From contig JBCBDL010000005.1 in assembly GCA_038529695.1 (NCBI GenBank), positions 1,449 through 65,448 of the forward strand: a stretch of DNA of 64,000 nt, read 5' to 3'. The position numbers and the translations under genes are program-made. This DNA is from Pseudomonadota bacterium (GTDB lineage: Bacteria > Pseudomonadota > Alphaproteobacteria > Rhodobacterales > Rhodobacteraceae). Each line of letters begins with the position of its first letter. Positions within the stretch are counted from its first letter, which is position 1. A model generated the notes under the pieces. It was not told the DNA's origin. It was given only the letters and a program-made list of their open reading frames with translations, and did no database searches. Shown piece by piece: positions 37,478-46,628 of the stretch.

Positions 37478-37862
37478 TGTCGGTCAACCTCCTATCCAGA
37501 AGTGCCCGTATTTCTGCCAGTGCGTCTTCTGACATGCCCTGATCATCTACCAGCCGCGCGACCATCGAAGCCGGTGTGCCGTCAAACAGCTTTTCCGACA
37601 GATCACGCAGGGTTTTCGCCTGATAGGCATCCTTGGCCAGCACAGGTCGGTAAAGCAAGGTTTTGCCCTGCTTTTGGCTGGTTACAAAGTTCTTTTGTTC
37701 CATGATCCGCAAGATGGTGGCAGCAGACGTGTAAGCCAGATCACGCTCCGGGGCGAGCCGGGTCAGTACATCGCGTACGGTCCCTTCGCCCAGGGCCCAC
37801 AACTCTGTCATGAACTCCAGCTCAACCTCTGTCAGAAATTCGCTTTTCTTTTTCTGCCGCAT
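37467..37862 (-). CDS. BlaI/MecI/CopY family repressor
   Basis: 'LTEVELE.M..LW', 'LAYTSAATIL', 'F.GTPASMVARL'. Confidence 0.92.
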   Translation of the reverse strand: MRQKKKSEFLTEVELEFMTELWALGEGTVRDVLTRLAPERDLAYTSAATILRIMEQKNFVTSQKQGKTLLYRPVLAKDAYQAKTLRDLSEKLFDGTPASMVARLVDDQGMSEDALAEIRALLDRRLTDNDS

Positions 37863-37906
37863 AACTGTTCCGATTGGTTTTTTGTTGCTCGCCCCAGGTC
37901 AGTAAA

Positions 37907-37922
37907 TACGAAGACCTTCGTA
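37907..37922. promoter_or_regulatory. Candidate BlaI operator
   Basis: TACGAAG-AC-CTTCGTA palindrome 45 bp upstream of blaI; TAC...GTA ends as in BlaI/CopY sites. Confidence 0.6.
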
Positions 37923-37941
37923 ACGCCAAAGAAAAACCGCC

Positions 37942-38220
37942 CTAGACTTTCCAAAAACAAAAGATCAACCAAAGCGTTGCCAAACCCAGTGGCACCCAAA
38001 GCGGTGTGCCGAACAGACCTAACCAGATCAGGAAGATGTAAGCCGACCCAAGCAGGCCTAGAAACAACCGGTCACCTCGCGTTGTTGTCAGCCCCAGTAC
38101 CCCTTTGCGTTCGCTTGTCCCTGGCCAGCGAATTTCGATAAATGTGATCACCCCCATCGCTGCAAACAGCGCAACAAAGAACGCGGCTGTTGGCCATGTC
38201 CAGGCCATCCAAGACAGCAT
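37942..38220 (-). CDS. DUF2160 small membrane protein (GlpU-like)
   Basis: 'WMAWTWPTA.FF', 'R.G.L...TTRGDRLF'; follows the permeases. Confidence 0.85.
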   Translation of the reverse strand: MLSWMAWTWPTAAFFVALFAAMGVITFIEIRWPGTSERKGVLGLTTTRGDRLFLGLLGSAYIFLIWLGLFGTPLWVPLGLATLWLIFCFWKV

Positions 38221-39017
38221 CAGACCCTCCCCAGGGCAAAGCCCTTGGCAATATAATTGCGGACGAAATAAACCACGATTGCGCCGGGAATGATGGTCAG
38301 CGTACCCGCCGCTGCAAGTAGTCCCAGCTCGTATCCAGCACTCGATGCCGTCTTGGTCATCTCGGCGGCGATGGGTTTGGCATCTACCGCCGTCAGGTTT
38401 TTGGCCAAGAGCAGTTCCACCCATGAAAACATGAAGCAGAAGAAGGCGGCGACCCCAACGCCGGCCTTGATTGCAGGCAAAAAGATCGTAATGAAAAACC
38501 GTGGGAAGGAGTAGCCATCAACATAGGCTGTTTCGTCCAATTCTTTGGGCACGCCTGACATGAAACCTTCGAGGATCCAGACAGCGAGCGGGATGTTGAA
38601 AAGGCAGTGGGCCAGCGCCACAGCAATATGTGTGTCGAATAGGCCTACAGCTGAATAAAGTTGGAAGAACGGCAAGACAAAGACGGCGGCGGGGGCCATC
38701 CGGTTGGTCAGCAGCCAAAAGAATAGCGTCTTGTCACCAAGAAACCGGTAGCGTGAGAACGCATACGCCGCAGGCAAAGCCACGCAGATTGAAAGCACGG
38801 TATTGATCGACACATACAGGATTGAGTTGACATAAGACCAATACCAGGACGGGTCAGTGAAGATGGTGATGTAATTGTCCCAAGTGAATGTCTGCGGAAA
38901 GAGCGAGAAGCCAGACAGGATTTCATTCGTGGTCTTGAAGCTCATCGCGACAAGCCAATAGATCGGCAACAAGAGAAATACGATGTAGACGATCGGGACC
39001 AGGCTGCGTTTTCTCAT
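38220..39017 (-). CDS. Glycerol-type ABC permease (GlpQ-like)
   Basis: EAA loop 'ELDETAYVDG', 'WLLTNRMAP'. Confidence 0.88.
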   Translation of the reverse strand: MRKRSLVPIVYIVFLLLPIYWLVAMSFKTTNEILSGFSLFPQTFTWDNYITIFTDPSWYWSYVNSILYVSINTVLSICVALPAAYAFSRYRFLGDKTLFFWLLTNRMAPAAVFVLPFFQLYSAVGLFDTHIAVALAHCLFNIPLAVWILEGFMSGVPKELDETAYVDGYSFPRFFITIFLPAIKAGVGVAAFFCFMFSWVELLLAKNLTAVDAKPIAAEMTKTASSAGYELGLLAAAGTLTIIPGAIVVYFVRNYIAKGFALGRV

Positions 39018-39877
39018 TTCCCGTCATCCTTCGTCATTAAGGTATAAAACAGCCACGAAACCAAAAGCGTAATCGCAAAGTAGATCAGCGACATGGCTGC
39101 CGCGGGTCCAAGGTCAAATTGGCCCAAGGCGATTTTCACCAGATCAATCGACAGGAAGGTGGTGGAATTGCCTGGCCCTCCGCCGGTCATCACGAAGACC
39201 TCGGTGTAGATGTTGAAACTGTCCATGAATCGCAACAGGATCGCGATGGTCAGCACCTGTTTCATCTTGGGTAATTGGATGTATCGAAAGACGGACCAAT
39301 TGGAGGCCCCATCGATCTTGGCCGCCTGATAATACGCGTCGGGGATCGAGACGAGACCCGCATAGCTCAAGAGCACCACAAGCGAGGTCCAGTGCCAGAC
39401 ATCCATGGTGATAATCGTGGCCCATGCCGCAAGCGGATCTTGCGTCATGTCATAATCGATGCCCAGCGTGGTGTTCATCAGATACCCAAGCAGGCCGATA
39501 TCGGGCAGGGCGAAGATGTTCCACATCGCCCCGACCACGTTCCACGGGATCAGCATGGGCAGGGCCATCAGAACCAGACAAACCGGCACCCAAGGCCCCT
39601 TGCGCGGCATCGACAGGGCAATCGCGATGCCCAGCGGGATTTCGATGAGCAGTATGATCGTCGTGAAAAGGATCTGACGACCGAGAGCTGCGTGGAACCG
39701 TTCGGAATTCAACAAGTCCTCGAACCAGCCGACACCGTGCCAGAAGAACACATTGTTGCCGAATGTTTCCTGCACGGAATAGTTGACCACCGTCATCATC
39801 GGGATCAGCGCATTGAAGGCGACCAGCAACAGGACCGGCAGCACAAAGAACCATGCCTTTTGGTTTTGCGTTTTCAT
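39014..39877 (-). CDS. Glycerol-type ABC permease (GlpP-like)
   Basis: 'MTVVNYSVQETFG', 'MDVWHWT', 'YYQAAKIDGA'. Confidence 0.88.
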   Translation of the reverse strand: MKTQNQKAWFFVLPVLLLVAFNALIPMMTVVNYSVQETFGNNVFFWHGVGWFEDLLNSERFHAALGRQILFTTIILLIEIPLGIAIALSMPRKGPWVPVCLVLMALPMLIPWNVVGAMWNIFALPDIGLLGYLMNTTLGIDYDMTQDPLAAWATIITMDVWHWTSLVVLLSYAGLVSIPDAYYQAAKIDGASNWSVFRYIQLPKMKQVLTIAILLRFMDSFNIYTEVFVMTGGGPGNSTTFLSIDLVKIALGQFDLGPAAAMSLIYFAITLLVSWLFYTLMTKDDGK

Positions 39878-40947
39878 GATGCGGCCCTCGTGGCGATCCA
39901 GCCGTCGCGGTAAAGCCGGGTTTTGGTGGGGTCGAATGACAGATGGGTGGCAGCCCCTTGCAGTGGTGCTTCGCCTTCGATGATCGCCTTTATGGTCGCG
40001 TCACCGATTTTTGCCTCGACTACGGCGTGCCGTCCGACGTCGGCCACCTTGTGGACAACCGCCGGCAAGCCATGATCACCGAGCGCCACAAATTCCGGAC
40101 GTACGCCGATTTGCGCGGTGCCGTTGCCTTGTTCAATCTCGCCTTCAAGCGTGATCAAGGTGCCTTCGAAAAATGCCCCGCCATCACGTACCTCGCAAGG
40201 CAACACATTCATGCCGGGTGAGCCGATAAAGTGGCCGACGAAGGTGTGGGCCGGACGTTCAAAGAGTTCCACCGGAGTGCCGATCTGCACGATCTCACCC
40301 TCCTGCATCACAACGACCTGATCGGCGAATGTCAGCGCCTCGGTCTGGTCATGGGTGACGTAGATCATCGTCGCGCGCACCTTCTGGTGCAGTTCTTTCA
40401 GCTTGGATCGCAATTTCCACTTCAAGTGGGGGTCGATGACGGTCAGCGGTTCGTCAAACATGACGACGTTCACGTCTTCGCGGACGAGGCCCCGACCCAT
40501 AGAGATCTTTTGCTTGTTGTCGGGCGACAGGCCAGCGGCCTTCTTGCCCATCATGTCAGTCACCTCCAGCATCTCGGCAATCGCCATGACGCGGGTGTTC
40601 ACAGTGGTTTCGTCCACTCCGCGATTGCGCAGGGGAAATGCGAGGTTATCGAAAACCGTCATCGTGTCGTAGATGACCGGGAACTGGAAGACCTGCGCGA
40701 TGTTGCGCTGGTTCGGGGGCAGGTGGGTGACGTCCTTGTCGTCGAAAAGGATCTTGCCGTTCGACGGGGTCAGTAGGCCCGAGATGATATTGAGCAGGGT
40801 GGATTTCCCACAGCCCGATGGGCCAAGCAGGGCATAGGCGCCGCCATCGGACCATGACAGGTCAATTTCCTTGAGCGCGTAGTCTTCCGGCCCTTTGGGG
40901 TTCTCGTAATAGCTGTGCTTGAGGTCCGCGAGCGTGATCTTGGCCAT
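39874..40947 (-). CDS. Glycerol-type ABC ATPase (GlpT-like)
   Basis: 'GPSGCGKS', 'FQFPVIY', 'DEPLTVIDPHLKW'. Confidence 0.88.
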   Translation of the reverse strand: MAKITLADLKHSYYENPKGPEDYALKEIDLSWSDGGAYALLGPSGCGKSTLLNIISGLLTPSNGKILFDDKDVTHLPPNQRNIAQVFQFPVIYDTMTVFDNLAFPLRNRGVDETTVNTRVMAIAEMLEVTDMMGKKAAGLSPDNKQKISMGRGLVREDVNVVMFDEPLTVIDPHLKWKLRSKLKELHQKVRATMIYVTHDQTEALTFADQVVVMQEGEIVQIGTPVELFERPAHTFVGHFIGSPGMNVLPCEVRDGGAFFEGTLITLEGEIEQGNGTAQIGVRPEFVALGDHGLPAVVHKVADVGRHAVVEAKIGDATIKAIIEGEAPLQGAATHLSFDPTKTRLYRDGWIATRAAS

Positions 40948-42020
40948 CAGGCGACACCTCCGGCGACGACCTGCCCGTCCTCGGCAAAAAGCATGCAGGC
41001 GGATGGGTCGAGGTAGAACGGATGATCCTCGCCCACCTCGTAAGGATGCACCCCATGCGACAGGGACACCCAATCGGCATCCGGCATGGCGAAATGCGCG
41101 CTGCTTTCTGATCCACTGAGTTCGGTGACCAACACGCGTCCGTTCAGTTTCACGGTGTTTGCGGGGCTCGGTTTAGGCGTGACATGATGCGGGCGGACAG
41201 CAATGTGATAGATCCCGTCTGGCGCCTCTTTCATCTTGGCTGAATCCCATCGTGCGCTATCACCCATGACTAGAGTGCTGCCTTGTTTGGTGACCTTGGC
41301 GACATTGATCGGGGGATCGGAAAATACCTTGGCTGCAGTCAGCGTCTGCGGTTTGCGATAAATCTCGGCGGTGGCGCCGAACTGCACGACATTGCCGTCA
41401 TCCATCAGCGCGGTGGACCCGCCCAGCAGTAGCGCCTCTTCTGGTTCGGAGGTGGCATAAACCACCACGGCCCCACGCCCGGCAAAAAGTTCGGGCAGTT
41501 GTTCGCGCAATTCCTCGCGCAGCTTGTAGTCAAGGTTCGCGAGCGGCTCATCCAGAAACACCGCCCGGCTTTCCTTGGCAATCGCGCGGGCCAGCGCGGT
41601 GCGCTGCTGCTGACCGCCGGACAATTCATGCGGGCGACGATGTAGCATGGGGCGCAGTTGCAGGATGTCTGCCGCCTCTTCCACACGGCCCTGAATTTCG
41701 GATTTCGCCATGCCTGCGACCTTCAGGGGGGAGGCGATGTTGTCGAAGACCGTCATATGCGGGTAGTTGACAAAGAACTGGTGGACGAGGCTGATATTCC
41801 GCTTTTGCGTGCTCAGTTTGGTGACGTCTTGACCATCCATTTCGATGGTGCCGGAGGCGATCGGGTCGAGCCCCGCCATCAGCTTGATCAGCGACGTCTT
41901 GCCTGCGCCGGTTTCACCCAAAAGCACGTTGAAATGCCCTGTTTCAAAGGTGAGCGATGTTGGCTTGATATGTGTCTGCCCGGCGACCACTTTGGTGATT
42001 TTGTTGAGTGTGATGGTCAT
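40947..42020 (-). CDS. Glycerol-type ABC ATPase (GlpS-like)
   Basis: 'GETGAGKT', 'LSGGQQQR', 'DEPLANLDYKLREELR'. Confidence 0.88.
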   Translation of the reverse strand: MTITLNKITKVVAGQTHIKPTSLTFETGHFNVLLGETGAGKTSLIKLMAGLDPIASGTIEMDGQDVTKLSTQKRNISLVHQFFVNYPHMTVFDNIASPLKVAGMAKSEIQGRVEEAADILQLRPMLHRRPHELSGGQQQRTALARAIAKESRAVFLDEPLANLDYKLREELREQLPELFAGRGAVVVYATSEPEEALLLGGSTALMDDGNVVQFGATAEIYRKPQTLTAAKVFSDPPINVAKVTKQGSTLVMGDSARWDSAKMKEAPDGIYHIAVRPHHVTPKPSPANTVKLNGRVLVTELSGSESSAHFAMPDADWVSLSHGVHPYEVGEDHPFYLDPSACMLFAEDGQVVAGGVA

Positions 42021-42041
42021 GACCTACCCTCGTGAACTGGC

Positions 42042-42059
42042 CGGGGCGCGAACGCCCCG
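42042..42059 (-). other. UUCG-tetraloop hairpin between the binding-protein gene and the first ATPase
   Basis: Minus strand CGGGGCG-TTCG-CGCCCCG; position typical of an mRNA stabiliser or attenuator. Confidence 0.55.
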
Positions 42060-42101
42060 ACCTGCGTCGGCGCCACCCATAGGCGGCACCCGACAGGGAG
42101 C

Positions 42102-43838
42102 TTATTCAGAGGCCCAGCGGGCGACGAGTTCGTCATAGTTGACGGTCTCACCCTGCGGCTTCTCGTTCGCCAGCGGTGGCTTGGCACCACCATTGGCGAA
42201 CCAGTATTCAGCATCCCGCTCTTCATTCAGGCGTGGGCCGCAGCCGCCATAGACGTTGGCTGCTTCATCGGCCTGCTGCATCCGGGCCATGGTGATGTCC
42301 ATCTCCTCGGCCAGACGGTCCATGGCTTCCTGCGGGGTGAACGCGCCAGAGTTTACGTCACCGATCTGCTGCCACCAGATCTGGGCGAGCTTCGGATAAT
42401 CAGGCACGTTGATACCGGTTGGCGACCAGCGCACCCGGTCAGGCGAACGGTAGAATTCCACCAGACCACCAAGCTGCGGCGCACGCTCGCTAAAGCTCTC
42501 GTGGTTCACCGTGCTGTCCCGGATGAAGGTCAGACCCACATGGGATTTCTTCACGTCAACCGTTTTAGAGGTCACGAACTGCGCATAAAGCCACGCGGCC
42601 TGCGCCCGGTCTGACGGGGTGGAGTTCAGGAAGGTCCACGACCCCACATCCTGATAACCGACCTTTTGGCCTTCGGTCCAGTAAGGGCCATGCGGTGATG
42701 GCGCCATGCGCCACAAAGGATTGCCATCCTCATCCACCGTGTTGTTCCCGGCAGAGCGTGGGGCGACCATGTCGGCTGTGAAAGCGGTGTACCAGAATAT
42801 CTGCTGGGCAACGTTGCCTTGTGCAAGTGCTGGCAGCGACTGGTAGAAGTCATAGCTTGCCGCGGCGGGTGGCGCGTAGTTGCGTAACCATTCGTCCCAT
42901 TTGCGGATTGCATAAACCGCAGCCGGTCCATTGGCTGCACCGCCACGCGACACGGATGCACCGACGGGGTTGCAGGTTCCGGCCTCCATCCGGATGCCCC
43001 ACTCGTCAATGGGCACACCGTTCGGCTCACCCACCGACCCCGCACCGGCCATCGACAGCCAGGCATCAGTCATCCGCCAGCCAAGGTCAGGCGCACGCTT
43101 GCCGTAATCCATGTGGCCATAGATGCGGACACCGTCGATTTCCTGCACGTCTTCACTGAAGAACTCTGCGATGTCTTCATATGCGGACCAGTTCACCGGC
43201 ACGCCCAGATCATAGCCATATTTGGCCTTGAACTGTTCTTGCAGGTCTTCGCGGTCGAACCAGTCCTTGCGGAACCAATAGAGATTCGCGAATTGCTGGT
43301 CGGGCAACTGATAAAGGTTACCATCAGGACCGGTCGTGAACTGGATGCCCATGAAATCATCAAGGTCCAGCGTTGGTGACGTTGTGTCAGCCCAATCCCC
43401 GGCCATCATTTCGGTCAGGTTATAGGCCTGTTGCAGGCGCGAATGGGTGCCGATGAGGTCACTGTCATTGACGTAACCATCGTAAAGGTTCCGGTTCGTC
43501 TGCATCTGGGTCTGAACCGCCTGCACAACTTCACCTTCGCCCAGGATCTGGTGGTTCACCTTGATGCCGGTAATTTCCTCAAACGCGCGTGTCAGCACTT
43601 CGCTTTCATACGAGTGGGTCGGAATGCCTTCCGACAGGACGTTGATTTCCATGCCCGCATAGGGCTCGGCTGCCTGAATGAACCACTGCATTTCGGCAAG
43701 CTGTTCATCCTTGGACAATGTTGATGGCTGAAATTCCTGATCAATCCACCGCTGTGCTGCGGCTTCGTCAGCCAAAGCGGTATTGGACCCCGCAAACACG
43801 GCAGATACCGCGACTGCGGAGAGCAGATACTTACGCAT
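42102..43838 (-). CDS. Glycerol-type ABC substrate-binding protein (GlpV-like)
   Basis: 578 aa, signal peptide; 'EFQPSTLS..EQ..EM.WF', 'QLPDQQFANLYWFR', 'YQDVGSWT'. Confidence 0.88.
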   Translation of the reverse strand: MRKYLLSAVAVSAVFAGSNTALADEAAAQRWIDQEFQPSTLSKDEQLAEMQWFIQAAEPYAGMEINVLSEGIPTHSYESEVLTRAFEEITGIKVNHQILGEGEVVQAVQTQMQTNRNLYDGYVNDSDLIGTHSRLQQAYNLTEMMAGDWADTTSPTLDLDDFMGIQFTTGPDGNLYQLPDQQFANLYWFRKDWFDREDLQEQFKAKYGYDLGVPVNWSAYEDIAEFFSEDVQEIDGVRIYGHMDYGKRAPDLGWRMTDAWLSMAGAGSVGEPNGVPIDEWGIRMEAGTCNPVGASVSRGGAANGPAAVYAIRKWDEWLRNYAPPAAASYDFYQSLPALAQGNVAQQIFWYTAFTADMVAPRSAGNNTVDEDGNPLWRMAPSPHGPYWTEGQKVGYQDVGSWTFLNSTPSDRAQAAWLYAQFVTSKTVDVKKSHVGLTFIRDSTVNHESFSERAPQLGGLVEFYRSPDRVRWSPTGINVPDYPKLAQIWWQQIGDVNSGAFTPQEAMDRLAEEMDITMARMQQADEAANVYGGCGPRLNEERDAEYWFANGGAKPPLANEKPQGETVNYDELVARWASE

Positions 43839-44101
43839 CTCGTCTCCTCCCTAGAGATTATGTGAGCCGGTTTTTGCCGACACGCTAATGTGATAACGGC
43901 AACAGGGTTCTGTCAAACTAAAAAATTAGTAGAAGTGGTGATGACGAGATAAAATCCTGTTTTTAAAAAATAAATTGATCCCAGAAGTGTATGGAAATCA
44001 GGTAGACTACGCAGATTCTATCGGGCGCTTTATCAGCGTCAGTCACCGGATATCGTATTGTTTCGCTGATGCCCGGCTGGTCACAGCACAAAAGGCGACC
44101 A

Positions 44102-44191
44102 TGGCGGAGGAGGTGGGATTCGAACCCACGGTAGACTTTCACCTACGTCGGTTTTCAAGACCGGTGCATTCAACCACTCTGCCACTCCTCC
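44102..44191 (-). tRNA. tRNA-Ser(TGA)
   Basis: 90 nt with long variable arm, anticodon loop CTTGAAA, GTTCGAATCC, encoded CCA. Confidence 0.96.
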
Positions 44192-44435
44192 GACCGGCCC
44201 CTGTTAGCCGGTGATTTCCGATTCGAAAAGCAAGTTCCTGTTTTGTGAAAATCCGCCGACAAATGGGCCTTGAGACTTCCATATCATGCCATCGGACGCT
44301 ATCGTTTCCACAATATTGTGGGTTTTGTGGGCGGTTTGGGGCACCAAATCCGCCAAACCTACGGGGAGCGCAACGAACACGGCTGGTAAACAGCGGAACT
44401 CTCCACCCTGGGGGAGAGGTGAAAGAGGGGCAAGA

Positions 44436-45434
44436 ATGACGGGCTTCATGACAACAAAACGACGTGCTTTATCGGTAAGCACGGCTTTGATGGCGACCAT
44501 GTTCCTGGTTGCTTGCGATGAAAACGGGGAATTTGCGTTTCCGGGCAGTGGGTCAGAAAGCGCGCAAACGGACAGACCCACCCGGTCCATTCAAACCAAT
44601 CCGGAAGGACGCGATGTCGAACGCCCCGATATTTTTGAGGTCAATGACCGCGGATTGTGGGATGGTCGTCCGTCTCTCGGCGGCGTCTGGGTCGCACATC
44701 CGGACGTACAGGATCCCGAACGTGTGATCATTCGCAACACCGAAAACGGCCGGTCTGTCGTTGGAGCCCTGTTCCGGCGGGAACGTGAAAACCCCGGGCC
44801 ATTGTTGCAAGTGTCGTCGGATGCTGCAGAAGAGTTAGACATCCTGGCCGGTGCGCCAACAGATCTGAGCGTCGTTGTTTTGCGGCGCGAAGAGGTGGAA
44901 GAAGAAGCGCCTGCAGAACCTGAGGTGAACCCTGTTGTTGCGGCGCTTGATGCGCCGGTGGCGGTTGAGGCGGCACCTTTGGATGATCCGATTGCAGGTG
45001 CTGCGGCAGCCATTGACGCGGCAGAAGACGCAGGTGAACAAGCAGCTGAAGCCGCAACAGGCGCAGGCGCAGCCGCCGTGGCCGTCGCCCTGCCGGCACC
45101 TGCCGATGATGCAGAAGAACCTGCCGCCGACAATCCAGTCAGCGAGGCTGCGGTCGCCCTTCCAACGTTGGATGCGGCGGGTGAGGCAGATCTGTCGGGC
45201 CCACAGATCCAAATTGGTGTTTTCAGCGTGCAAGCTAATGCTGATGATGCGGCCGCGCGATTGCGTGCTGCTGGTGTGCCAGCTTCGGTACAGGTGGAAC
45301 AGGCCGGCGGGCGTGATGTTTGGCGCGTTGTCGCATCGCCGGCCGGCGAAGACGGCGATGCCGAGGCGACAATCGTGCGGATCAAGGCGTCGGGCTTTGT
45401 TGACGCTTTCGTTGTGGATGGCGAAGAGAGCTAG
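44436..45434 (+). CDS. SPOR-domain lipoprotein with degenerate RlpA-like domain
   Basis: Lipobox 'LVAC'; Ala/Glu/Pro linker; C-terminal 'IQIGVFS...NA...AARL' SPOR motif; upstream of dac-tmk-holB. Confidence 0.85.
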   Translation: MTGFMTTKRRALSVSTALMATMFLVACDENGEFAFPGSGSESAQTDRPTRSIQTNPEGRDVERPDIFEVNDRGLWDGRPSLGGVWVAHPDVQDPERVIIRNTENGRSVVGALFRRERENPGPLLQVSSDAAEELDILAGAPTDLSVVVLRREEVEEEAPAEPEVNPVVAALDAPVAVEAAPLDDPIAGAAAAIDAAEDAGEQAAEAATGAGAAAVAVALPAPADDAEEPAADNPVSEAAVALPTLDAAGEADLSGPQIQIGVFSVQANADDAAARLRAAGVPASVQVEQAGGRDVWRVVASPAGEDGDAEATIVRIKASGFVDAFVVDGEES

Positions 45435-45449
45435 GGAAGGGAGCGCGAT

Positions 45450-46628
45450 ATGCGAGCTTGGTTGAGCCGCCTTGTCGGTCTGGCATGCGTGATCGCATCC
45501 ATGGGCACGGCGGCAAGAGCATTCGAAACCCAGGCACAGGCCGCTTACGTCCTTGACCAGACGACCGGCACCGTTCTTTTGTCGAAGAACGCGGATGCGC
45601 CACTGCCACCGGCATCAATGTCCAAGCTGATGACGCTCTATATGGCGTTTGAGGCGATTGCCGATGGGCATCTGGACATTAACGAGACGCTGCCGGTGTC
45701 GGCAGAGGCTGCGGCCTATGGCGGATCATCCATGTTCCTGGACACGACCGATCGTGTCAGTGTCGAAGATCTTTTGCGCGGCGTGATCGTTTTGTCGGGC
45801 AACGATGCCAGCACTGTGCTGGCCGAGGCGCTATCACCTGACGGGACCGAAGCCGGCTTTGCCCGCTTGATGACAGACCGTGCCAGGCAGCTTGGCATGA
45901 TGAATTCCAACTTTACCAATGCAAATGGATGGCCAGAGGCGGGGCACCGGATGTCGATGGAGGATCTGGGCATCCTCGCTGACCGCCTGATCACGGATTT
46001 CCCGACATTCTACCCGCTATTTGCCGAGAGGGAGTTCGCGTTTGATGGTCGCGTGCCCGCGAATTCGCGCAACCGCAATCCGGTTTTGACCATGGGGATC
46101 GGCGCCGATGGCCTGAAGACAGGGCATACGCAAGAGGCGGGATACGGTTTGGTTGGTTCGGCCAAACAAGGTGACCGGCGGGTGATCTTTGTGATCACCG
46201 GGCTGGACACGGTCGCGCAACGGTCGCAGGAAAGCCAGAAGATTGTGAATTGGGCGTTTCGCCAATTCGCTGAAAAAGACGTGGTGCGCGCGGGCACGCG
46301 TATTGCAGAGGCTGATGTCTGGATGGGCGAAAGCCCGATTGTTGGCTTGACCGTGGCCGAGGATCTGTCGCTGCTTGTGCCAATCCTGAATGACGGAGAG
46401 ATTGCAGCAGAGGTCATCTATAGTGGCCCCATCGAAGCACCAATTACCGCAGGTGATGAATTGGCCGAACTTGTGGTGCAGCTTGACGGATTACCTGAAA
46501 AGCGGTGGCCACTCGTCGCTGAAACCGATGTGGTGCGGGGTGGCTTTGCCACCCGGTTGCGCACGGCCGCCTTGGTCTTGTGGGACAAATTCGGACCTGG
46601 CGCCGAAGAGACCGCAGAGGGTGCATGA
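45450..46628 (+). CDS. D-alanyl-D-alanine carboxypeptidase (S11)
   Basis: SxxK 'ASMSKLMT', SxN 'LSGND', KTG 'LKTGHT'. Confidence 0.94.
   Translation: MRAWLSRLVGLACVIASMGTAARAFETQAQAAYVLDQTTGTVLLSKNADAPLPPASMSKLMTLYMAFEAIADGHLDINETLPVSAEAAAYGGSSMFLDTTDRVSVEDLLRGVIVLSGNDASTVLAEALSPDGTEAGFARLMTDRARQLGMMNSNFTNANGWPEAGHRMSMEDLGILADRLITDFPTFYPLFAEREFAFDGRVPANSRNRNPVLTMGIGADGLKTGHTQEAGYGLVGSAKQGDRRVIFVITGLDTVAQRSQESQKIVNWAFRQFAEKDVVRAGTRIAEADVWMGESPIVGLTVAEDLSLLVPILNDGEIAAEVIYSGPIEAPITAGDELAELVVQLDGLPEKRWPLVAETDVVRGGFATRLRTAALVLWDKFGPGAEETAEGA

Noticed and set aside
32162-37922. tRNA-Thr as an integration site for an Anbu/BlaI island
   Set aside because: No integrase, no repeat of the tRNA 3' end seen by eye, and no evident compositional shift
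37942-44191. tRNA-Ser as an integration site for the glp cluster
   Set aside because: No integrase or att-like repeat seen
44330-44430. c-di-AMP riboswitch, tmRNA, SRP or 6S identity for the structured leader
   Set aside because: None of the signature sequences I know for these RNAs is present; kept only as an unnamed candidate
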